A stretch of DNA of 64,000 nucleotides from Candidatus Gottesmanbacteria bacterium. Its GTDB lineage: Bacteria; Patescibacteriota; Microgenomatia; 2-02-FULL-39-11. Below, one piece after another: positions 43,796 to 54,840 of this stretch (within the stretch, counting starts at the first letter, position 1; the number at the start of each line of letters is the position of its first letter). The position numbers were made by a program, and so were the translations under genes. The notes under the pieces were generated by a model. That model searched no databases. It had not been told where the DNA came from and saw only the letters and a program-made list of their open reading frames with translations. The DNA is taken from positions 633 through 64,632 of the forward strand of contig JACPZE010000044.1 in NCBI GenBank assembly GCA_016195685.1. Reading direction: 5' to 3'.

Positions 43796-45414
43796 CATCT
43801 AAGATCAGAAATTTCATCAAAAAAAATTCCATTCTGATTTTAGTATCAGTAATCTACCTCATTTTTATCACACTATACTCAGGTTTTGTTCCCATGTGGG
43901 ATGCTTGGGAATATGTAGATTATTGGATATATAGGGCAGTGAGTTTGCCTTTTAATACTTTTAACTTTGATTTTGGCAGCCACGTATCTTTCTTTTATTC
44001 CTTTCTTATAAGCATTCCGGCATACTTTGATTTCGCTAATACCTACCTACTTTATTTGTTGATAGCCTTACTTACGATTCTTTCCGCTTTTGCTTTCTAT
44101 AGTATTTTATCTTGGATTTTTCCTGGGATAAACCAAAGACCAGAATTTCATCTTCTGACCATTCTTTACTTATTTTTTCCAGTAGCCACTGCCAATATTT
44201 TCCAGATCAATCCTGACACAGGAGTAATGATTTTTTTCATCATATTCTTAGCTTTCCTTATACAGAAGAACTATTTTTGGGCATTTCTTGCTGGAACCTT
44301 TTTGGTTTTTACCAAGGAGACTGGTATGGCTCTTTATATTTTTACCTTGGTTTTGTATTCTTTATACTTGAAGTTTACAACAGGAAAATTACAGTACAGA
44401 TCTGTCAAATTGCTCAAATGGATGGCACTTTTTTCCATACCACTTGTATTGTTTGCGATAAATATATTAATTCGGATCATATGGCTAAATCGAGGTTTTC
44501 AACTCCACCGTTTTGGGTCAATAGTGAACTCTTCTGATCTGATCACCTTTTCATCTCATACTGTTTCTAGATTACCTTATTCATATTTTCTTACAATATT
44601 TGTTCTCAATTTTAATTGGATACTTTCAGCCTTTTTGTCTTTGGGAGTATTTAGTTGGGGAAGGGAATTGATCAGTACCATAAAAAAGAAAAAAAATATC
44701 AACACTTCCTCACTAGCTAATCACGGATTTATAATCACTCTTTTTTTGGGAGCCTTTTTCATAATGAATATTTATAAAACCTTTACCAATCCTCGTTATT
44801 TTCTGTCTCTATACCCCCTGATGATTGTCCTTTTTTACAAAGGATTGACTTTTATCTTTGCTGGAAGAATGCTTAGAAGGGTTGTTTTATCAGTCGTAGT
44901 TTTGATTTTATTGCTCACCAATTTCCAAACTTTAGATCCTATTTCCAAAATAATTTTTGGTACATTTAAATTTGGGAGTCATGATATGCTTCTTATGACG
45001 GGGATAACGGGGGAGTGCTGTGGATACGGAAGGGATCAGATAGTCTATAATCTGGAGTATACAAATATCCATTACCTGGTGAATAAAATATTGAAAGACA
45101 TAAAACCAGATGAAAAGACAGCGATAGCTTTCACTCCATGGGAAGGGCCTTATGTTCTTGTCCGAATGGATAAGGGTCAATACGAAAGAACGCTTAGAAA
45201 ATCCGGTATTTTGGAAATTGATAGAAACTTAGTTACATGGACCTTTGATTCTTTAACTATCAAGCCTTACAGGCTTTATTTTCTTGATTTCCCAAATAAT
45301 AACGGCAGTTTTTATTTGTCTTATTATTTAAAATATTACAATATAGAAAATATCAAAACATACGACAATTGGGGTTACCAGATGAAAGTGTATCTACTGA
45401 GATTGAAAAAGTAA
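43792..45414 (+). CDS. Polytopic membrane protein (GT-C-like)
   Basis: ORF with at least 10 TM helices. The start is moved to the internal MTSKIRNF to avoid overlap with the GT2 gene. Confidence 0.5.
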   Translation: MTSKIRNFIKKNSILILVSVIYLIFITLYSGFVPMWDAWEYVDYWIYRAVSLPFNTFNFDFGSHVSFFYSFLISIPAYFDFANTYLLYLLIALLTILSAFAFYSILSWIFPGINQRPEFHLLTILYLFFPVATANIFQINPDTGVMIFFIIFLAFLIQKNYFWAFLAGTFLVFTKETGMALYIFTLVLYSLYLKFTTGKLQYRSVKLLKWMALFSIPLVLFAINILIRIIWLNRGFQLHRFGSIVNSSDLITFSSHTVSRLPYSYFLTIFVLNFNWILSAFLSLGVFSWGRELISTIKKKKNINTSSLANHGFIITLFLGAFFIMNIYKTFTNPRYFLSLYPLMIVLFYKGLTFIFAGRMLRRVVLSVVVLILLLTNFQTLDPISKIIFGTFKFGSHDMLLMTGITGECCGYGRDQIVYNLEYTNIHYLVNKILKDIKPDEKTAIAFTPWEGPYVLVRMDKGQYERTLRKSGILEIDRNLVTWTFDSLTIKPYRLYFLDFPNNNGSFYLSYYLKYYNIENIKTYDNWGYQMKVYLLRLKK

Positions 45415-45418
45415 TTTG

Positions 45419-46378
45419 TCAGTCAAAATTAATTTTTTCTCTGATAATTACAAAATATTTCCTACGGACTTGAGAATGGATAGCACCGATATATTCTCCC
45501 ATAACTCCTAGGAAAAAAAGCTGAATGCCTGCAAAAATAAAAATAAGAAATATAACGCCAGTTAATCCTGGAACTGTGACTTTCCAGTAGAAAATCTTCA
45601 ATGATAAATAGATGACTGCGCTTAAGAAACTAAGTAGTGACAAGAAAAGACCAATATAGGTACAAATACGCATAGGTAGAATAGAATAGTTAATAATTCC
45701 ATTTATGGCAAAATCTATAAGATACCGAAGAGAACTTTTGGAATGTCCTTTGCCTTTCGGCCTGGCATTCCTTTGATAGACGATTGCTTTTTTATTGAAA
45801 CCGGCTGTCGTTACAAGGCCTCTCAAATAAGGATTGTAGTCGTCAATTTTTTTTATCTCATCAACGATTATCTTATCTATAAGGCAAAAAGAACCAACAT
45901 TCAAGGGCAATTCATCAGAAGCAAGAAACCTCTCCAAACGGTAAAATATTTTTCGTGCAAAACTCAGAAGAGGATTATCTCTTGTTTTATTTCTTACTCC
46001 ATATACTAACTGATGCCCATCTTCCCAATATTTAATGAAAGTTGGTATAAGAGAAGCAGGATCCTTCATACTGCCTTCGTAAGGGATTACAGCGTCACCT
46101 GATGTGTGGATCAGGCCGGTAAATCCACTTTTCTCCGGTCCGAAGTTTCTCGAATACGACAATATCTTTACTCTTTTATCCTTTTTGGCGATGGTTTTCA
46201 GGATTGAAAGGGTAGCATCGGTGGAGCAGTTGTCCATGAAGATATGCTCATAATTGTATTTTGGAAGTTTCGAAAATGTTTTTTTAATAGCCTCATAGAC
46301 ATCCCTGACAAGGAGTTCTTCATTGAATACTCCAGTTACTACAGATATTTTCTTCATATTTATGATATTAAATCCCAA
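45419..46378 (-). CDS. GT2 glycosyltransferase, ArnC/GtrB-like, with a C-terminal 2-TM anchor
   Basis: KKISVVTGVFNEE...MDNCSTD... plus two C-terminal TM helices. Confidence 0.8.
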   Translation of the reverse strand: MGFNIINMKKISVVTGVFNEELLVRDVYEAIKKTFSKLPKYNYEHIFMDNCSTDATLSILKTIAKKDKRVKILSYSRNFGPEKSGFTGLIHTSGDAVIPYEGSMKDPASLIPTFIKYWEDGHQLVYGVRNKTRDNPLLSFARKIFYRLERFLASDELPLNVGSFCLIDKIIVDEIKKIDDYNPYLRGLVTTAGFNKKAIVYQRNARPKGKGHSKSSLRYLIDFAINGIINYSILPMRICTYIGLFLSLLSFLSAVIYLSLKIFYWKVTVPGLTGVIFLIFIFAGIQLFFLGVMGEYIGAIHSQVRRKYFVIIREKINFD

Positions 46379-47421
46379 CTTAAAGGAGTGCCTCTTTTTA
46401 TGAACTTTTGAGCTTTCTTACCCAGAATTTTATCATAATATTTTGGAGCTAGGCCAAAACCAGGACGTATCGACCTTATATTCTTTTTTGTTAAACGTCC
46501 ACCTTTTTTTATATCTTCAACTGCAAACAGGGATCGGCTGAATGGACGGCTTTTATTATACTTTTCCTTTCCGACAACTGATGGGTTACCCAATGCTTGC
46601 TCTACCTGCCTGATGCTTTTAACCATTGATTTGAATTCTTTAAAATCCAGCGAAAATGGTGAATCCGGCCCGCCTAATTTCTTATCGAGGATAAAATGTT
46701 TCTCGATTACCCGGGCCCCTAAGGTAACTGCCGCCACAGGAACATTTATGCCTAAAGTATGGTCAGAAAGGCCCACTAATGTTTTTAGTTTTTCACGCAT
46801 TGTAGTAATTGCTGAAAGATTAGTATTTTTAAATGGTGTCGGATAAAGTGATGTACATTTGAGGAATACAAGTTTATTATTGCCATTTCTCATAAATATT
46901 TTCTTAATCTTATAAAGATCATCAAGGTCTGTGAGGCCAGAAGATATAAACACGGGTTTTTTCTTGGCAGCAACATAATTTACAAAATAAGGATCGACAG
47001 CTTCAAAAGAAGAGATTTTAAATACAGGCACATCCATCTTATCCAAAAAATCTGTAGCCGTCTCATCAAATGGGGTAGAGAAAAGGATGAGACCCAAATC
47101 TTGTGCGATCTTTTGAAGTTTTGGATGCCATTCCCAGGGTGTATAGGCTTCTTTATAAAGGTCATATAATGTTTTGCCGTACCAAAGAGAACCAGATTTA
47201 ATCCGGAAATATTTGTTATTCTCATTGATAGTTAGAGTATCGGCTGTATAGGTTTGCAATTTCACTGCGTCAGCTCCGCTATCTTTTATCGCTTTAAGAG
47301 TTTTGACGGCAATATCAAAGTTATGGTTATGGTTACCTGAGAGTTCAGCGACAATAAATACAGGAGAATGGTCGCCGATTTTTTTATTGCCTATTTTTAT
47401 TTGGAGGGAAAATGGATTCAT
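46360..47421 (-). CDS. pseI: Nonulosonic acid synthase (NeuB/PseI/LegI family) with a C-terminal SAF domain
   Basis: IGNKKIGDHSPVFIVAELSGNHNHNFDIAVKTLKAIKDSGADAVKLQTY. Confidence 0.8.
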   Translation of the reverse strand: MNPFSLQIKIGNKKIGDHSPVFIVAELSGNHNHNFDIAVKTLKAIKDSGADAVKLQTYTADTLTINENNKYFRIKSGSLWYGKTLYDLYKEAYTPWEWHPKLQKIAQDLGLILFSTPFDETATDFLDKMDVPVFKISSFEAVDPYFVNYVAAKKKPVFISSGLTDLDDLYKIKKIFMRNGNNKLVFLKCTSLYPTPFKNTNLSAITTMREKLKTLVGLSDHTLGINVPVAAVTLGARVIEKHFILDKKLGGPDSPFSLDFKEFKSMVKSIRQVEQALGNPSVVGKEKYNKSRPFSRSLFAVEDIKKGGRLTKKNIRSIRPGFGLAPKYYDKILGKKAQKFIKRGTPLSWDLIS

Positions 47422-47995
47422 ACTTTTTTAACAAGTCCTTAACCCCAATATTCCAACTTGGGGAAATTAGTGAACGAATTTTATCAAAATCCCTAAGTGT
47501 ATGTATACTACCTTTGTCTTTTTGTTTTTGTGGTTTTATTTCAAACTTTCTTATTTCATCCCAATTCTTTATGAATAAATTCTGTAATTCTTCATGCAGC
47601 TTCAAATAAGATGATTGAAGCGTCTCTTTTGCTGAATGAAAATTGACACTCTTTTGTACTAGTATATCGCCAGTATCCAGTCCTTTATCAATCAGATGAA
47701 TTGTAACCCCCTTGGGAGTCTTTTTGAGAAAGCTCCAAAGGTTAGGATGTGCACCACGGTTCCAAGGGAGGTAAGAAATATGCAAGTTGATTGTTTTTCC
47801 GAAAATCAGATTCAAAATATCTTCGGGTATGATATACTTGTAGTTGTAACTGATCACAATATCGGGTTTAAATCTTACAATATCAGTCTTTTTGATCTTT
47901 GCTTCTAGAACCTTTACTGTATTATTTTCTTTTTCCCAAAGCCATTTGATGAGTGGATCAGGAATGATACCATTCTTGAGAAAAAGAATTTTCAT
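47384..47995 (-). CDS. Sugar N-formyltransferase (Fmt N-terminal domain family)
   Basis: NLHISYLPWNRGAHP and HLIDKGLDTGDIL are formyltransferase catalytic motifs. Confidence 0.7.
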   Translation of the reverse strand: MKILFLKNGIIPDPLIKWLWEKENNTVKVLEAKIKKTDIVRFKPDIVISYNYKYIIPEDILNLIFGKTINLHISYLPWNRGAHPNLWSFLKKTPKGVTIHLIDKGLDTGDILVQKSVNFHSAKETLQSSYLKLHEELQNLFIKNWDEIRKFEIKPQKQKDKGSIHTLRDFDKIRSLISPSWNIGVKDLLKKYESIFPPNKNRQ

Positions 47996-47998
47996 AGA

Positions 47999-49141
47999 TC
48001 AATATAATTCCTTGATATGTTTAATAACCTTTTGAACGTCCCTATTTGTCATCTTGGGATAGAGGGGAAGAGATAAGCATCTTTTATAATAGCTCTCACA
48101 TTGAGGATAATCTTTCTCCCTAAAGCCGAAATTCTTCTGGTAATAAGGCTGAAGATAGACAGGAATATAGTGAACTTGAGTACCAATACCATTTTCGAAA
48201 AGATATTCCATAACCTGTTTTCTGGTTTTCCCGATCTTTTGGAAGTCAAAAAGAGCCACGTACAGATGGAATACAGAATTTACTCCTTCTTCTTCATATG
48301 GACTTTTAAGCCAAGATAAATTATTAAAGTGCTTATTATAAGTTTCAACAATTTCTTTTCGCCTTTGGATGAACTTACGGATCTTTTTTAGTTGTGATAA
48401 GCCTAATGCCGCTTGGAAATCAGTCATGCGAAAGTTGTATCCTAATTCCTGCATTTCATAATACCATGGGCCGGGATTCTGGTTTAAAAAATTTTCTTCT
48501 TTTTCTATGCCATGGTTTCTGAGCTTTTTTAGCCTCTCATACAGCTTACGATTATTTGTGGTGATTATTCCGCCTTCTCCTGTGGTTATAGTTTTTACAG
48601 GATGAAAGGAAAAGGTTGTTAGATCAGAATAACAGCAGCTCCCCACCATTTTGCCATTTTTATACTTGCTGCCTAGAGCATGTGCTGCGTCTTCGATCAC
48701 AAAGAGCCCATGTTTGTTAGCTATTGTGTTGATTCTATCCATATCTGCCGGTTGACCAGCAAAATCCACAGGGATTACAACTTTTGTTTTTGAGGTAAGT
48801 TGCTTTTTAATTTCCTGGGGATGAATGTTGTAAGTCTTTGCATCGATATCAGCAAATACTGGTTGGATCCCGTTATAAAGAAATGCATTGGAAGAAGCTA
48901 CAAACGTATTTGGTGAAGTAATACCCTCCGAACCTTTTTCTATATCAAGCGCCAAGACGGCTAAATGAAGAGCCGCCGTCCCATTGGCTACAGCAACAGC
49001 ATATTTTGCATTCACAAACATAGCAAATTCATTTTCGAACCGAGCAATAAGAGGTCCAGTTGTCAAAAAAGGGGATTTAAGAACCTGAATAACTGACTTT
49101 ATGTCCGTGTTATCAATCCATTGAGATCCATAGGGAATCAT
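47999..49141 (-). CDS. pseC: DegT/DnrJ/EryC1 aminotransferase, PseC-like
   Basis: MIPYGSQWIDNTDIKSVIQVLKSPFLTTGP and the PLP-lysine region FHPVKTITTGEGG. Confidence 0.8.
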   Translation of the reverse strand: MIPYGSQWIDNTDIKSVIQVLKSPFLTTGPLIARFENEFAMFVNAKYAVAVANGTAALHLAVLALDIEKGSEGITSPNTFVASSNAFLYNGIQPVFADIDAKTYNIHPQEIKKQLTSKTKVVIPVDFAGQPADMDRINTIANKHGLFVIEDAAHALGSKYKNGKMVGSCCYSDLTTFSFHPVKTITTGEGGIITTNNRKLYERLKKLRNHGIEKEENFLNQNPGPWYYEMQELGYNFRMTDFQAALGLSQLKKIRKFIQRRKEIVETYNKHFNNLSWLKSPYEEEGVNSVFHLYVALFDFQKIGKTRKQVMEYLFENGIGTQVHYIPVYLQPYYQKNFGFREKDYPQCESYYKRCLSLPLYPKMTNRDVQKVIKHIKELY

Positions 49142-49142
49142 A

Positions 49143-50150
49143 TTAGATATCTTTAATCATCCGTTGCAATTTTTTTATTGTTAACCACCTGGGATTGTTA
49201 TTGCTGGAAAAATAAGGTTCTGTCATTTTTCTGCTTCTTTTCCAAAGAGGATTTACCGGTTCATGGAATAGATTTGAGGGACGGATAATATACATATCTT
49301 TTTGTTCATAAGTATTTCTTGCTTCATCTTCCGATATTAGCAATTCGTGGATTTTTTCACCGGGTCTAATACCAATAACTTTTATTTTACACTTCGGAGC
49401 CACCGATTTGGCCAGATCCATAATTTTCATGCTGGGAATCCTGGGTACAAATACTTCACCTCCACACATCAGTTCAATAGCTTTAATAACAAACCAGACA
49501 CCCTCATCCAGCGTGATCCAAAATCTGATCATTTTTTCATCAGTAATGGTAATCTCTCCATTTTTTTTCTGATGGTTAAATAATGAAACTACGCTTCCTC
49601 GACTTCCGATTACATTACCGTATCTGACGCAGGCAAATTTTGTGCCGAATTTTAGATCCGAATAATTATTACCCTGAATAAAGAGTTTTTCGGCTACCAG
49701 TTTGGTTGCTCCGTATAGATTGATGGGGTTAACTGCTTTATCGGTACTGATTATAATCGCCTTTTTTACACCTCTGTCGATTGCTACATTTATTATATTC
49801 TCAGCCCCTCCGATATTCGTTTTTACTACCTCAATAGGGTTGTATTCACTGGCTTCAACTTGTTTTAGAGCAGCTGCATGTATAACAATATCTACCTTAA
49901 CCATCGCTCTGTTTAATCTATCTTTGTCTCTTATATCGCCGATGAAATACCGCAGCCTCGGATCAGTAAATCCACCCATGGTCCTCATTTCTTCCTGCTT
50001 TAGCTCATCCCGGCTAAATATAACAAGACGCTTGACTTTATATTCCTCAAGAACGATCTGCACAAATCTTTTACCGAACGATCCGGTTCCTCCAGTGACC
50101 AGTATGGTTTTGCCATTCAGATAGCTTTTCTTGCGTGTTAGCTGCTTCAT
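49143..50150 (-). CDS. pseB: UDP-GlcNAc 4,6-dehydratase (PseB/FlaA1/CapD-like)
   Basis: GKTILVTGGTGSFGKRFVQIVLEEYKVKRLVIFSRDELKQ. Confidence 0.85.
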   Translation of the reverse strand: MKQLTRKKSYLNGKTILVTGGTGSFGKRFVQIVLEEYKVKRLVIFSRDELKQEEMRTMGGFTDPRLRYFIGDIRDKDRLNRAMVKVDIVIHAAALKQVEASEYNPIEVVKTNIGGAENIINVAIDRGVKKAIIISTDKAVNPINLYGATKLVAEKLFIQGNNYSDLKFGTKFACVRYGNVIGSRGSVVSLFNHQKKNGEITITDEKMIRFWITLDEGVWFVIKAIELMCGGEVFVPRIPSMKIMDLAKSVAPKCKIKVIGIRPGEKIHELLISEDEARNTYEQKDMYIIRPSNLFHEPVNPLWKRSRKMTEPYFSSNNNPRWLTIKKLQRMIKDI

Positions 50151-50830
50151 GTATATTTGTGAAATATTACCTGATATGAATGTATTTTAAATTGATTCTT
50201 TAGGTAGAAATTCAATGCTATAATATTTTCTGCCTGAGTACCGGTATAAAAATTGGAAGTCCTATACTTCTCTATCATGTAAGATATGAGTAGGGAACCG
50301 ATTCCCTTATTTTGAAACTTTGCGTCAACGCCAATAAGATCAATGCTGTAGGAAGCATTATTCCTCTTAATTGTCAAAAATGCAATAATTAGCTTTTTGT
50401 ATCTTATAAAGACATAATCATCAGCGTATCCTGAAAGAATAGAGTTTAAGATCCACTGCTTATAAATTTTTTTTGCATATTTTCTGATACGCAAATCTTT
50501 GTTGAATCTGCTGTTTTTGGCAATTATTGAAGATACATTATAGATATTATTCCAGTCTTCTTTTGTTACTTCTTTGTCTAAAATATATTCCTTAGGAAAC
50601 TTAAAATGCTTTAATTGATTGTTCTTGTTTCTTTTCAGCACAACTCTACTGCTTATATATCGGAAATCCAGTTTATGGCACAGATTAATAAGTTCCAGGT
50701 TGAAGTCAAAACAATATGAGTAGACTGCATTCTTTTGGAATCTTATGTTTTGGCGCAATATATTTATATTAAAGAAGTCTCTCCCGATAACTTTTGATAG
50801 AAATAAGTCTTCTTTTAAAGTCGTTTTCAT
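50147..50830 (-). CDS. GNAT family N-acetyltransferase (PseH-like)
   Basis: FQNKGIGSLLISYMIE is GNAT motif A. Confidence 0.55.
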   Translation of the reverse strand: MKTTLKEDLFLSKVIGRDFFNINILRQNIRFQKNAVYSYCFDFNLELINLCHKLDFRYISSRVVLKRNKNNQLKHFKFPKEYILDKEVTKEDWNNIYNVSSIIAKNSRFNKDLRIRKYAKKIYKQWILNSILSGYADDYVFIRYKKLIIAFLTIKRNNASYSIDLIGVDAKFQNKGIGSLLISYMIEKYRTSNFYTGTQAENIIALNFYLKNQFKIHSYQVIFHKYT

Positions 50831-50831
50831 A

Positions 50832-51974
50832 TTAATTTTTACTCTTAAATATATTTTTAATTACCTTTATAACCTGCCATGTTTCTTTTATACCCATGAC
50901 AGCATTAAAGGGTAAGGATAGACAATCCTTGTAAGCAGTTTCGCAATTGGGAAATTCACTATTTTTGACGAGGAGTTCTTTATATAGCGTAAACTTATAA
51001 ACAGGGATAAAATGGACGCTGCAGACGATATTTTTCTTTTTCATTATTTCAATAAAATCATCCCTTTTTATTTTTTTTGATTTTATTTTTATTACAAAAA
51101 GATGTCTGAATGGGAAAGAATATGCATTCCCGCTTAAAATTTCTATTCCTTTAATCTCTGATAGTCCTTCTTTATATAATTGATAAATAATATCTCTTCT
51201 CCTTTTGAGTATATTGATTCGACCCAACTGGGCAATCCCTAGTGTTGCCTGGAGATCAGTCATGTTGTATTTGAAACCTAGTTTGTCAACGTCATATTTC
51301 CAAGAGCCAGTTGTTGAGTACCTTTTCCAAGCGTTTCCTTTGTTTATTCCATGGAGAGATAGCGAAAGTGCTTTTTTATAGACATTCTCATCGTTTGTTA
51401 CTAAAGCGCCACCCTCACCGGTGGTAATATTTTTGGTTGGATAAAAACTGAAACAGCAAAATCTACTACTTCTGCCTATAAATCTATTTCTATATTTTGA
51501 TCCAAATGCATGAGCTGCGTCTTCAATGAGAGTAAGATTATATTTTTTGCAGAGTAAACTAAGTTTATCCAGGTTGGCACTAAAACCTGCATAATGGACC
51601 GGCAAAATTGCTTTTGTCTTCTTAGTGATTTTGCTTTCGATTTTGTCTTCATCAATCACAAAATCTTGTGGTTTGATATCGACAAATACAGGTTTTGCAC
51701 GAAGATATAAAATTGTGTTGATTGTTGAAACAAACGTAAAAGGTGTAGTTATAACTTCATCACCTGCTTTTATACCAGCACAGATAAGAGCAAGATGAAG
51801 GGCTGATGTACAGGAGTTTAGGCATAAACAAAATTCCGAACCGATATATTGGTTGATTAAACTTTCCAAATTTTTAGTTTGACTTCCGGTTGTTAGCCAA
51901 CCACTGTTAAGTACTTTAGTTACATTATTTATTTCCTTATTGGTAATTGATGGGGTGGCAAAGTTAATTGTCAT
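50832..51974 (-). CDS. DegT/DnrJ/EryC1 family sugar aminotransferase
   Basis: Family-wide pattern; FYPTKNITTGEGG. Confidence 0.8.
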   Translation of the reverse strand: MTINFATPSITNKEINNVTKVLNSGWLTTGSQTKNLESLINQYIGSEFCLCLNSCTSALHLALICAGIKAGDEVITTPFTFVSTINTILYLRAKPVFVDIKPQDFVIDEDKIESKITKKTKAILPVHYAGFSANLDKLSLLCKKYNLTLIEDAAHAFGSKYRNRFIGRSSRFCCFSFYPTKNITTGEGGALVTNDENVYKKALSLSLHGINKGNAWKRYSTTGSWKYDVDKLGFKYNMTDLQATLGIAQLGRINILKRRRDIIYQLYKEGLSEIKGIEILSGNAYSFPFRHLFVIKIKSKKIKRDDFIEIMKKKNIVCSVHFIPVYKFTLYKELLVKNSEFPNCETAYKDCLSLPFNAVMGIKETWQVIKVIKNIFKSKN

Positions 51975-52956
51975 TTTTTTGATGTTTATAAAGGTATTTT
52001 ACGTTGTAATATTTATCTTCGAGATAGTTGATATTCTTTCGTTTCAATTCTTTTATAATTTCTTTTATGCCATAGTCTAAATTATATTTAGGTATGAATC
52101 CTAGTGAATTTTTCACCTTATCAAAAGAAACCCGGTAATTTCTAATATCACTTCCAACATCTTTGAAATGGATCGTAATACCTTTAATATATTTTTCCAT
52201 GTGCTTGACTATATCCTTTATCTGAATATTTAAAGCATTGCCTCCGATATTTAAAATTTCTTTCGAAGTATGGCCAGATTTGTCAGATATAATTAATTTT
52301 ATAGCACGAGCGACATCGCCAACATGTATGATAGGTCGCCACTGATCGCCGTTTATTATGTCTATTTGTTTTGTATAGAAAGCTTGAGTAGTAAGAAAGT
52401 TGACGACAAGGTCAAATCTAACCCGCTTTGACCATCCAAATACTGTCGCCAGTCTTAATATGACGTAGTCTAAGTCCGGACTTAAGTTTTTTCTTATAAG
52501 CTCTTCCGACATAACCCGGGTTTTTGCATATAATGATAGTGGATTGAGTCTGGATCCTTCATTTAGAAGATTACTATCAGCTCCGTAGACGCTACAAGAT
52601 GAGGCAAAGATAATGCGTCTTATTTTATACTGATTACAAAGTCGCACCAGAAGATTTGTTGAATGAAAATTAGTTGAAAGGGTTTGATCCTCATTGAGTG
52701 CACAGGCAGGATCTCCAACGATTGCAGCCAATGCAATAACAGTATCTATCCCTCTTAAGGCTTTCACCATATCTATAATGTTGCAGATGTCCCCCTTAAT
52801 AATTGTCAGTCTTTTATTTCTTTTGAAATCATCAAGCGAATGTTTCTCATATATAAATGAATCCAACACGGTAACTTTATGTTTGGTCGATAAGAGCAAT
52901 AACTTAACGAGGTGGTATCCTATATAACCTCCACCTCCAGTAATAAGGATATTCAT
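51964..52956 (-). CDS. NAD-dependent sugar epimerase/dehydratase (SDR)
   Basis: MNILITGGGGYIGYHLV; YxxxK. Confidence 0.8.
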   Translation of the reverse strand: MNILITGGGGYIGYHLVKLLLLSTKHKVTVLDSFIYEKHSLDDFKRNKRLTIIKGDICNIIDMVKALRGIDTVIALAAIVGDPACALNEDQTLSTNFHSTNLLVRLCNQYKIRRIIFASSCSVYGADSNLLNEGSRLNPLSLYAKTRVMSEELIRKNLSPDLDYVILRLATVFGWSKRVRFDLVVNFLTTQAFYTKQIDIINGDQWRPIIHVGDVARAIKLIISDKSGHTSKEILNIGGNALNIQIKDIVKHMEKYIKGITIHFKDVGSDIRNYRVSFDKVKNSLGFIPKYNLDYGIKEIIKELKRKNINYLEDKYYNVKYLYKHQKNDN

Positions 52957-52957
52957 A

Positions 52958-53959
52958 TCAGTTGAGGATAGAATATTTTTTCAAAACAAATTCTACTATT
53001 CTTTTGCTTCCTTTGCCATCGACCAGTTTCCTTCCAATTCTTGATTTTTCTAATCTTAAGTTGTAACTATCCATTTTGCTTATAAGAGAATTAAGCCTAG
53101 TCAAAATATTTTTATCATTCCATGATCCAGCATGTTCTATGAATCTAGCTTGTTTCCATCCGGAAATATTGTTCTCCTGATTATTCACAATCGTGATTGA
53201 TATCGTAGGTGCGCCGATTCTGGCCAGTTCATATAAGGTTTGACCACCAGCAGAAATGACAATATCAGCGTCAAGAAACATATTTTTCAATATCTCCCCA
53301 GTTGGATAATAAAGTATGCTGGTATATCTGTCTTGAACATCTTCAATCTGTTTAATATTATTAAATGCTCTACCTACAACCACAGTTTTTCTGATATCAG
53401 GATAAGATACTGATAATGACTTTAGGATTTTTGACGTCATGTTTCTTAGGTCTGATCCGCCGAATGTGATTAAAATATGCCCAATTTTCTTCCTGATAGT
53501 TTTTCTTGGTATATACCAGAAGGCTTTCGTAAGAGGGAGAAACTGGCTTCCGAGCAAATAAAAACTGTCTCGGCGTTTATTTATTTTGAATTTCTGGGCA
53601 TAAAGAGTACGGTTGATTAGAATAGATCTAGGGTAAGGAAGTCTTAGCGTATCATCAATATAAACAGGGATTTTCACGAGTGAAGACACGTACTGATAAA
53701 ATTGAAGTGGTGCTTTGACAGAATCAATTACAACGATATCTGATTTAGAAATGATCTTTCGTGATTCTTCTTTTCTCACAACCCAATCGATTATCCTATG
53801 GTTATAACGTTTGATAATTTTAGCACTTTCATGGTCACAATTGGCATACATTGCCAAATCTGCTTTTTTATCTTCAAAAGCTTGGTATAGGGCTATACAT
53901 CTGATGATATGGCCTAATCCAAGACGGTTATTCCCTTCAGTAAAAATTGCAATTTTCAT
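52958..53959 (-). CDS. pseG: PseG-like UDP-sugar hydrolase (GT28-like fold)
   Basis: MKIAIFTEGNNRLGLGHIIRCIALYQAF resembles the PseG N-terminus. Confidence 0.65.
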   Translation of the reverse strand: MKIAIFTEGNNRLGLGHIIRCIALYQAFEDKKADLAMYANCDHESAKIIKRYNHRIIDWVVRKEESRKIISKSDIVVIDSVKAPLQFYQYVSSLVKIPVYIDDTLRLPYPRSILINRTLYAQKFKINKRRDSFYLLGSQFLPLTKAFWYIPRKTIRKKIGHILITFGGSDLRNMTSKILKSLSVSYPDIRKTVVVGRAFNNIKQIEDVQDRYTSILYYPTGEILKNMFLDADIVISAGGQTLYELARIGAPTISITIVNNQENNISGWKQARFIEHAGSWNDKNILTRLNSLISKMDSYNLRLEKSRIGRKLVDGKGSKRIVEFVLKKYSILN

Positions 53960-54840
53960 TTCCTTACCTTACTTGCGGACAAATACTTGTCTTTACGAAG
54001 ATCGTTTTTATCAAAAAGATGCATATTTTCCTGATAATATCTGTAGAGTTCGGTTACACTATCCATATAAGGAGTAAATTTAAGATTGGAAATAGTCCTT
54101 TTCAATCGTTTGTTGTCCCCCGTATATTCATAATTTTCTCCTTTATTCTTAACTGAAATTTCCAGGTCTTTTCCGGATATTTCTCTGATCATCTGAGCAA
54201 GTTGGGAGATTTTTATGGATCTATCAGGGATAATATTGTAGTCTGGGTAAGGAGATTGATGGGTGAGGAAGTAATCGCAAATTGCAACCAAATCCGTAAT
54301 ATAAAGATAGTCAAAAACTACATCCTGTTTGATGATTATTGGAAGGCCGAAGAGAGTTTTGGCAATTGTATTGGATATAAATTTGAAGCGATAATCTTCA
54401 TATTTACCATATACACCGAAAAGCCTTAGTGTAATGATTTTATTATAATTTTTTGATATTTCGCTACAAATATATTTAGCTAATCCGTAGGGATCTTTTG
54501 GAATTCTTTCTCCCCAATGGGTTTCCTTAACCTTTATCAAATCTCTGGATTTATCATATTCAGCTCCTGAGCCGAAGTGGATGAATTTTTGTAAAGAGCT
54601 TAAGTTTCCAAGGATACTTAAATACATCCGAAGAGTTGTTTCAAGGACGTCACCATCGCCTTTTATTGCACAATGGATGACAGCATCGATTTTATTTTTC
54701 TTTATATATTGTTCGACGGCTCGAAAATTAGTTAATTCAAGTTCCTTATGGGAAGGAACAAAAACAGTATATTTTTTTCGATATGCTTCAGAAAGGTTTT
54801 TTCCGATAAAACCAGAACCACCTGTGATTAAAACTCTCAT
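53956..54840 (-). CDS. NAD(P)-dependent sugar epimerase/reductase (SDR)
   Basis: MRVLITGGSGFIGKNL. Confidence 0.8.
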   Translation of the reverse strand: MRVLITGGSGFIGKNLSEAYRKKYTVFVPSHKELELTNFRAVEQYIKKNKIDAVIHCAIKGDGDVLETTLRMYLSILGNLSSLQKFIHFGSGAEYDKSRDLIKVKETHWGERIPKDPYGLAKYICSEISKNYNKIITLRLFGVYGKYEDYRFKFISNTIAKTLFGLPIIIKQDVVFDYLYITDLVAICDYFLTHQSPYPDYNIIPDRSIKISQLAQMIREISGKDLEISVKNKGENYEYTGDNKRLKRTISNLKFTPYMDSVTELYRYYQENMHLFDKNDLRKDKYLSASKVRK